Positions 55,296 through 64,000 of a stretch of 64,000 nt of DNA are shown one piece after another; position 1 is the stretch's first letter; every line of letters starts with the position of its first letter. The notes beneath the pieces are model-generated. The model was not told the DNA's origin and did no database searches. It worked only from the letters and a program-made list of their open reading frames with translations. Source of the stretch: Eledone cirrhosa (lineage: Eukaryota); contig OZ024745.1 of NCBI GenBank assembly GCA_964016885.1, positions 132,680,001 through 132,744,000 of the forward strand. Reading direction: 5' to 3'. The position numbers and the translations under genes are program-made.

Positions 55296-55755
55296 ACATA
55301 TATAGAGACGTACAAAGCCCAACACACAGCCGACACATAAACAGCTGATATAGCTGTCCTAGATCAGAGCAGTAGGAAATCTAATCTAACATGCTAGTCT
55401 GATGTAGATTGACTGCAAATCTCCAACACCACGAACTGTCAATTTTTCCTTATTCTGGAACCAACTGTCATTATTTCATGTTTCGGCTTTTCTCTGTTTC
55501 CTCTTCCTATTATCCTTTCATGTTCTTCGCCCCCCCCCCCCCCACTACTATTTTAACATGCCTTTTTCTGTTCTCTAGTACAGCTGCCATCTATACTTGT
55601 GAACTATATAAGCTAATGTATTTCCAGACACTGGCTGCATGCAATGTCTATTGAAAACTTGAACTTTTACTTTCTTTTTCTAAGAAAGAATGATTATGTA
55701 CATCTATAAATGAATGAATGAAGGGGACCATAAACGTATACATACATACGCATAC

Positions 55756-55788
<33 letters not shown>

Positions 55789-55918
55789 GGGTGGGGGTGG
55801 GGGGTGACAGTGTTTTCGATACTAAACGTGTGACATCTGTCAACATGACCTGACGTTAGATTCGTAAAATTTCATCATTGAAATTGCTTTTTCAGGACGT
55901 ATCATCATCACCAAGTTG

Positions 55919-56300
55919 ATATCTACAATATATTGTATATTCTATCCACCATTCTATCTACAATATACTGTATATTCTAACAACTATTCTATCTACAATA
56001 TATTGTATATTCTATCAACCATTCTATCTACAATATATTGTATATTCTAACAACCATTCTATCTACAATATATTGTATATTCTATCAACCATTCTATCTA
56101 CAATATATTGTATATTCTAACAACCATTCTATCTACAATATATTGTATATTCTATCAACTATTCTATCTACAGTATATAGTATATTCTATCAACCATTCT
56201 ATCTACAATATATAGTATATTCTATCAACCATTCTATCTACAATATATTGTATATTCTAACAACCATTCTATCTACAATATATAGTATATTCTATCAACA
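55919..56300. repeat. 35-bp minisatellite, about 11 units
   Basis: ATCTACA recurs every 35 bp from 55921 to 56271. The unit contains the palindrome TACAATATATTGTA. Confidence 0.97.
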
Positions 56301-57682
56301 AATCTATTTGAAATGACTTCTATAGCGGTACACACCCTTGTAATTTGATGTGGAACAATATATGATATATGTATTTAATACACACCAATGGAGCGTCCCT
56401 TTCTTGGAACGGCCCGCTTGCAATAGCTGACTAATCACCTCTAAACTACATTGATGTGTAGCAATAAAAGACGGGTTGATTATAGACGGAAAACCTTGTT
56501 TATGCAGGTTTGATTAGTGCAATAACAACACATTATACATTGAATTATAAAAAAACATTCTCTTGATACGATAAAATTGTTGATGCCATAGAATGTAGAG
56601 GATAATGATGCAATTCAAATAAAATACATTTACTTAACAATGTAAATCTGTATCTCTAACATAATGTTTCCGTGTTGCCCCGCCTAATATGTTAAAAAAA
56701 AAAAATTGACAACTCTATAATGCTCACACAACCTTACAGAACAATATTTTATGAGGTATATATAAGCTATATGTAAACAAATAAACTATAAAAATGTTAT
56801 AAAAGTAATTTAATATATTATACGTATTGTTTATAAAAATTATAAAATCTATTATATCTATTGCATATGGTGTTATCGTGTTCAATATGAAATAGATATT
56901 AACCTACTGGCACGTAGAAACAACATGTTTTAATATCATAGCTATTTAAAATAAGTTTTGAAAAAAATGTGTTTAATAATCTAATTTATGAGACAACATT
57001 CAAAGCTGTTTTGAAGCTTCCATGAACAAAACCTGTTAAACAAATATATATAAGACATTGTTATTTTGTAAAATATTATAAATGTCAGAAAGTATCTCTT
57101 TGCAGGGTCATGTTCAGGTGATATTAGGTGTTTCAGAAAAAGTAAACATATGTCAATTCCATACGGCATGTAAATTACATTTCATACACAAAACGTCTAA
57201 AAGAAATTTACCGTCGTTAGAGCTTATAAAGACAATTAAAATAGGAATAATTTAATTTACCTACATCTTCTTAGAGAGAAGATTTCAGTGTATATCCTGT
57301 ATTAATTGAAACTTGTATTGAAAATATTTGTTTTTCCGTTTATAGTCTGTAGTGTTCCCCTACACTCTTTCTCTTCCCCATCCTTCTTTTAGTCATTCAT
57401 AAATAAAGTATTTTTAACTAAAATAACAGTGATATATTCTATACTGGGAAATCTAGTATAACTTAGAGACGATGTTATGGGCTCGGGCCAATAATACAAT
57501 ACATATGTTCATGTGATTTAACAGGCGTTATGGTGATGTGTTGACATAAGGTGTTACTAAGATATTTTAAAACCTAGTGAAGCCCATCCTTCCCTTGGTT
57601 TGAATACAGCAGATTTCTTCTAGAGGAGGAAAGAGAGAGAGAGAGTGAGAGAAAGAAAGTGAGAAAGAGATATAGAGCAAGA

Positions 57683-57830
57683 ATCGATTCCAGTACTAGA
57701 CTAGTATTTTTTTTATCAACCATGAATGGATGAAAGTCAAAGTCGACCTTGGTGGGATTTAAAGACAGAGAGTAGAGAACCGAAAAGAATATGGTAAGCT
57801 TTTCTATCTGACGTTCTAACCACTCTACCA
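57683..57830 (-). mobile_element. Diverged tRNA-derived SINE whose head runs into the minisatellite
   Basis: Minus strand: TTTAAATCCCACCAAGGTCGACTTTGACTTTCATCCATTCATGGTTGATAAAA, i.e. a decayed B-box plus core. Confidence 0.8.
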
Positions 57831-58890
57831 TTCTATCTGACGTTCTAACCACTCTACTATTCTATCTGACGTTCTAACCACTCTACCATTCTATCTGACG
57901 TTCTAACCACTCTACCATTCTATCTGACGTTCTAACCACTCTACTATTCTATCTGACGTTCTAACCATTCTACCATTCAATTAGACGTTATAACCACTTT
58001 ACCATTCTATCTGACGTTATAACCACTTTACCATTCTATCTGACGTTCTAACTACTCTACCATTCTATCTGACGTTCTAACTACTCTACCATTCTATCTG
58101 ACGTTCTAACCACCCTACCATTCTATCTGACATTCTAACCACTCTACCATTCTATCTGACGTTCTAACCACCCTACCATTCTATCTGACGTTCTAACCAC
58201 CCTACCATTCTATCTGACATTCTAACCACTCTACCATTCTATCTGACGTTCTAACCACCCTACCATTCTATCTGACGTTCTAACCACTCTGCCATTCTAT
58301 CTGACGTTCTAACCACTCTACCATTCTATCTGACGTTCTAACTACTCTACCATTCTATCTGACGTTCTAACCACCCTACCATTCTATCTGACATTCTAAC
58401 CACTCTACCATTCTATCTGACGTTCTAACCACCCTACCATTCTATCTGACGTTCTAACCACTCTACCATTCTATCTGACGTTCTAACCACTCTACCATTC
58501 TATTAGACGTTCTAACCACTCTACCATTCTATCTGACGTTCTAACCACTCTACCATTCTATCTGACGTTCTAACCACTCTGCCATTCTATCTGACGTTCT
58601 AACCACTCTACCATTCTATCTGACGTTCTAACTACTCTACCATTCTATCTGACGTTCTAACCACCCTACCATTCTATCTGACATTCTAACCACTCTACCA
58701 TTCTATCTGACGTTCTAACCACCCTACCATTCTATCTGACGTTCTAACCACTCTACCATTCTATCTGACGTTCTAACCACTCTACCATTCTATTAGACGT
58801 TCTAACCACTCTACCATTCTATCTGACGTTCTAACCACTCTACCATTCTATCTGACGTTCTAACCACTCTGCCATTCTATCTGACGTTCT
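57802..58890. repeat. 29-bp minisatellite, about 37 units, with 290-bp higher-order period
   Basis: Unit CTCTACCATTCTATCTGACGTTCTAACCA. Diagnostic variants recur at 58291/58581/58871, 58501/58791 and 58391/58681. Confidence 0.97.
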
Positions 58891-59749
58891 GACGACTGCT
58901 AATTCGCCGTTATCATGGTGATAAATATATTAGCACAAAAATAAAATGAGGAGGTAAATCTCATACAATATAAGTACTGACATAGGTAGAATGATATCTG
59001 AGAGAGTGGGTAATATAGAGTGATATGAATAAAAGCAATATTTTGAAGGTATCGTTTAAATTGTCCGTTGAAATATACCAGATATATTAACAGAGATAAC
59101 GACTCAAACGTAGGTGGCTCCGAATTATCCATCAGGTGGCATTTAGGGGTTTCTTGTTACCCAATACTGCTTACATATATGTTTATTGATCTGTACCGTA
59201 TCGGAACTCTAATAATGGATTAACATGAAATTAACATCACACACACTCACACACGCACACACACATACACACACACATACACACACACACACATACATAC
59301 ACACATACACACACAGGCACACACACATTCACAGATCTGTATACACACACACTCCCTTATATTAACATACATTTGTTCACAGCTTCGTACTTAAAAGCAC
59401 ACACACTTTTACTTACTTATACAGAGACATATCCCCTTAGCTTCGTACGTATTATAACACACACACACACATACATACACACACACACTCGCGCGCGCGC
59501 ATGCGAACGCACACAGAGACTCGCATACGCACTCGACAACATGTAGTTCCATATATAAAACGTTTTTTTTTTCATTTCAGATAGATGCGCTCCATCAACC
59601 ACTTTTCTAACAAAACCTATATCAAACACAAAACGCCAATATCAACAGTTTTCCAAGGGATGGCAACATGAATGAACCTGTATTTTTTTATCTAAAAACA
59701 TATTTCCCCTCCCGCCCTATCCGTCCCTTCAAACCTTCTAATTTGTCAT

Positions 59750-59800
59750 TCTTTCGTCTAATGAAGGACTAGCGTTCGAAACGTCGAAACGTTAAGAACC
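59750..59800 (+). ncRNA. Degenerate hammerhead-like motif (G5A), probably inactive, about 85 bp before (TA)n
   Basis: CTAATGA-A-GGAC TAGC GTTC-GAAA-CG-TC with a tandem CGAAACGT duplication. Helix I is unclear. Confidence 0.4.
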
Positions 59801-59881
59801 TCATCTTGCTATTTCAACAGTTAAGCTAAAATATTCCTTCCATATACTATACCAATTGTGTTCTTATTTCCGTTTACCTTT

Positions 59882-59946
<65 letters not shown>

Positions 59947-61934
59947 ATGTGACTGAAGGCTGAGGGAAAGGAGTACTAAATACGGAAGTAGAGTTTTAAT
60001 ATTCATTTATATTAAGGCTAAAAAGGGAGACTTGTTACTCTGGAGTCTCGTCTGTTTTTCACTGTTTTTGCCTCGTGACCCTGTGATAAACGGCAAATCT
60101 CCAAGACTTTAGCCTTCAGAAAATGAATACACATACACACATATACACACATATGTACATATATATTATCAGTTGTAATTGTTTGATATGTTTATTTTAT
60201 ATATATATGTCATTCAACTTTTAATATAATGTTAATAAATGCTCGGATTTACTACTTGGAATCTTTGAGCTTATTCGACAGGTGGCATGACGCATGCTTC
60301 TGATATTCTCAGAGATGACATCTTTAATCTAATGTTGGTAGTATATATATATATACATATAATGACAACAGCATACCTTATAAACTGCAATATACACCCA
60401 AAAGTACTCTATAGTTTAAAAATTCAACATCGTTTCACATCAAATAGCATATCTATTTTATCCTCAATTTATCATAGGTACAAGCTACTACATGTCAATT
60501 ACATCAGGCACTGTATATTCTCAATGTTTAATGGAATATAACTACAATTCATTATCATACTTTTGACGTATCCATAACTCAAAATGATCATTGAAATGAA
60601 GCAAATCTTATTGACATCGCGAGTAATATATTCTTTACAATTATGTGTATGTCATGCTCTGTTTAATGAAAAAAAATATGCCAACATTGTACAGTTACTC
60701 TGCGATAAATCACTCCCTAATTCAATATCACTTGGTTATCTGTTTCCTCAAATGACAGGTACAAATGAGAATATCTGATTTTATTTCTATATATAAGTAT
60801 TCATAAATATATGAATATATATATATATGTACAACTATATACTGAAATACACTCACTCATGCATATATTTATATACATAATACTTATCAATAACATCTTA
60901 AATCATTTTGTAAAAGGGAAAAAAACGTTCACAAGAATGCGCGATGGCTAGATACAAATAAAAGAAGTAGGCTGACATCAACTTTAATGCTTACATAATA
61001 AATTTAGGTATTTCATCACAGCTGCGAGAAAAAGCATTATTAGAAGGTATCAGGAATAAACCTTATAACTGGATAAATGTACAAGTATTGTGTATCAGAA
61101 ACGGCTTTACACACAGTGTGGTCTTGTTTAAAGACTTTGAATATTTATGTTGATTTGGCTGATATATCTACCAGATATACTAAGTGGCTACATGTTCTGT
61201 AATTGGATCAGAAATCTCGGAGTCTGATAGACCCTTGTATTGTCTAAAGCAATATTAGAATATATTCCTGTAGTGGGATATGATTTGAAAACTTTCACAA
61301 TGATAGACCTACACCGGACGAGCACTAATTGAGTGAAATGTAAAAGATATTGGAAAAAGGTGGCTATTATCTTTGATGGAAAGAAGGACCACTTAGAAAA
61401 CATGATGTTGCAACAGATACAACTTACTGAATATGTGCAATTAAGTGTTGGATGCAAATCGGGTAGTTGTCTCTCTGATATTAAAACCTGTTGAACACAC
61501 AGGTCTGCGGAATATTAAGACTGCAAATTCTATAGACATATTTTGGAAAAGGACCAGTAGTTCAGACTGTAATGTGAAGTGTATGAAAGTTACACATTAC
61601 ATAAAAATCTTGTATGATTTAAAGATAGCCGTAGGTAGTATCCTGCCAGAGACTAGAATTTGGGTATATCTTTTTAGACACTATAGGCGTTCTTTAAGTA
61701 AATAATACCAAAACGAATCTACATATAGAATATTTAGAGTGTTAAAGATTAGGAGATTCGGTTCCATAATAGTTTTTAGAAAATGATTTTCATATCTTAC
61801 ATATCTTAAACGGATCAGGTAGGAAACACATGTGTTTCCAGAGGTAGTTAACATGCAATCAGGAAACGTCCATTAATTAAGTGATGTAAAGTTTCGTAGG
61901 TTTGGAAGGTGGGGCGTATACCCGCGAAGAGTTC

Positions 61935-62295
61935 CAAACAAGTACTGAACTTGAACGGTTCTTACATCGTCTAAAATTCCAAACTTTCCCCACGACACAC
62001 TATAACTGACCTCGAAAGACATCTTCAAAAATCTAGGCCAGCAACAATCACAACGGATTCCGAGCTCTGGCCAGTTAAGTGTCCTCGAGTCGTTTATGCA
62101 CAATTGACGCAGTACATGAACCAATTCCGTGTCCGCACCAGTCTTACCCGGGGCAAGATATCCGCTCTGCGCCGCTTATGACGCCGCAATCATTTTGCCA
62201 TTAAACCCACTGATAAAGGTGGTGCCGTGGGGAGGAACACTACGCAAATATACAAGCCTTTATCTTCTGACCCCATCCCAGACTAACAACAGCTG
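61935..62295 (+). pseudogene. N-terminal PLE reverse-transcriptase remnant
   Basis: EFQTSTELERFLHRLKFQTF; LTRGKISALRRL*RRNHFAIKPTDKGGAV at 62143-62229 (the PLE IKPADKG motif); YKPLSSDP. Confidence 0.8.
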
Positions 62296-62349
62296 ATGCC
62301 CTCTCTTTCTTTCTCACTCTCTCTCTCTATATATATATATATATACATA

Positions 62350-62541
<192 letters not shown>

Positions 62542-63002
62542 GATGTATACATATATATATTAATCTGAATTGTATAGTGTTTAGGTTATAAAAGTGATAG
62601 CACCAAATCTTTGTAAAGGGATTTAGAAACTGAAATAATTGGGAGATGGTATAAGGTTATAACAAGTGCCACTTCAGGTATATTCATTTCAATCATTAAT
62701 TGTGTTAGATTCCAAGATAATAATCTAAGATACATCGGAAAACTCTCTGAAGGCTATTATTTTGCTTTAATCACCAACAGTTCAAGGCTAAGTTCAACAC
62801 AAGACACTACATGAATAATAAATTTAATTCCTTGAGGAAATGTGTGTCAAATATTTAAAAAATCTTGAGATTTTCTGCTAACCATTACGTCGGAATGAAT
62901 GACATTACTTTTTCAGAGAAAAAACTAAATATTAATATATTCCAAGGAAACGAATAGGCGACAAGAATGTGTATATAGAGATACATACATATATACATAC
63001 AT

Positions 63003-63577
63003 GGTGGCTGCCAACTCGTTTGCGAGTACGGCCACTTCTTTATATCCACGTAGGAACCACTACCGATGCGCTGAACGAGTGTGATTTTCCAGCGACTTGA
63101 AAACTCTGGTACAAACACTATACTTGTGACATTGATTGACACATAGTGCTGGGCCCTTGGTACCATGTAACGACAAGTGCAGAGAGATCTCCAGATATAA
63201 AGCAATTCCTGTGCCGTGAAGCTTTTATAGTGAGCAAAGGCACTGCACAAAGCCAGTCCCACTCTCTTAACCAAGATGATATTTACCAAAAAGAAGAACA
63301 AGTCAACATCATTGGATACCATCAGTGTTGCAGGTGTTATATCAGAGTTTTCCTTCTCCTAGAATTCTGCCTTGACAAAGGCTAAGGGGTCATCTCTCCC
63401 GGTGATTTTGGATGGCCATTGACTCTTAAGAGCTCCTTTTCTCTTTGACAGGTTTTGTTTTTAGTCCCGCTGGATGTCCAAAGTCACCCTCCTCACCAAG
63501 AAACCTTGGTGGGGTTGCCAGTTTAGTCGCCAACGACCCGGGATACATGTTACCAGTAGCACCAACTGGTGACCTGA
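63003..63577 (-). mobile_element. ORF-less RTE-like non-autonomous element, longer copy, with (ATGT)n tail
   Basis: Matches 30236-30648 plus about 175 bp of structured 5' sequence. Microsatellite on both sides. Confidence 0.75.
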
Positions 63578-63686
63578 CATATACATACATACCTTCATAC
63601 ATACATAGACACATAGATACGCAAACACACACCCACACACAATCACACACACACACACGCACATATATACACATACATATATATAT

Positions 63687-63726
<40 letters not shown>

Positions 63727-63831
63727 GCGCCCGTGTCTGTTTCTGTCTATGAGCGAATGTGGTGTTATATGTGTGTGGATGTGAGTCCGTGTATCTATGT
63801 GAAAGCGAGAGCCTATGTGTGAAATGGAGGA

Positions 63832-63865
<34 letters not shown>

Positions 63866-64000
63866 TGTAAGTGTGTTTATTTATGTGTCCGTAGTCGTGT
63901 GAAATTAGAAAAGTGATGAACATACTTCATTTCTCTTTGTTTCACTTGGCACTGATAAAGGAGATGTAAAAATATAAAGCGTGACACGAGATTTCTAAAG

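Noticed and set aside
57802-58890. CRISPR array (29-bp repeats)
   Set aside because: Units are head-to-tail with no unique spacers, there are no cas genes, and the context is eukaryotic.
63400-63577. HDV-like or twister ribozyme at the 5' end of the RTE-like element
   Set aside because: A 7-bp helix with a terminal G-U exists, but no P3/L3 nested pseudoknot and no twister UCCCAAGC loop could be found.

Overview
This is AT-rich, microsatellite-saturated eukaryotic non-coding DNA. It is probably an intergenic or intronic region of a cephalopod (Octopus-like) genome; that assignment is inferred from repeat style only. No host protein-coding gene can be supported, and almost all ORF-track entries are translated (TA)n/(CA)n repeats. 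The window is a mosaic of retroelements. (1) A swarm of Penelope-like element (PLE) pieces sits in (TA)n tracts. These include a GIY-YIG endonuclease remnant, an RT DKG-motif remnant, about ten recognisable type I hammerhead ribozymes from several unrelated families, and at least nine fold-back palindromes. Several palindromes pivot on ribozyme motifs, and short copies share fixed ends. (2) Three co-oriented R4/Dong-like RLE retrotransposon copies are clustered in (ATAC)n. (3) There are RTE-clade fragments, one with a twin-priming-type inversion, plus an ORF-less bipartite RTE-like element. (4) There are tRNA-derived SINEs, one of whose A-box head is amplified into a 1.1-kb 29-bp minisatellite with a 290-bp higher-order period. 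The best candidate for an undescribed system is the hammerhead/(TA)n/fold-back PLE assemblage. All structures and alignments were made by eye; element boundaries are approximate.
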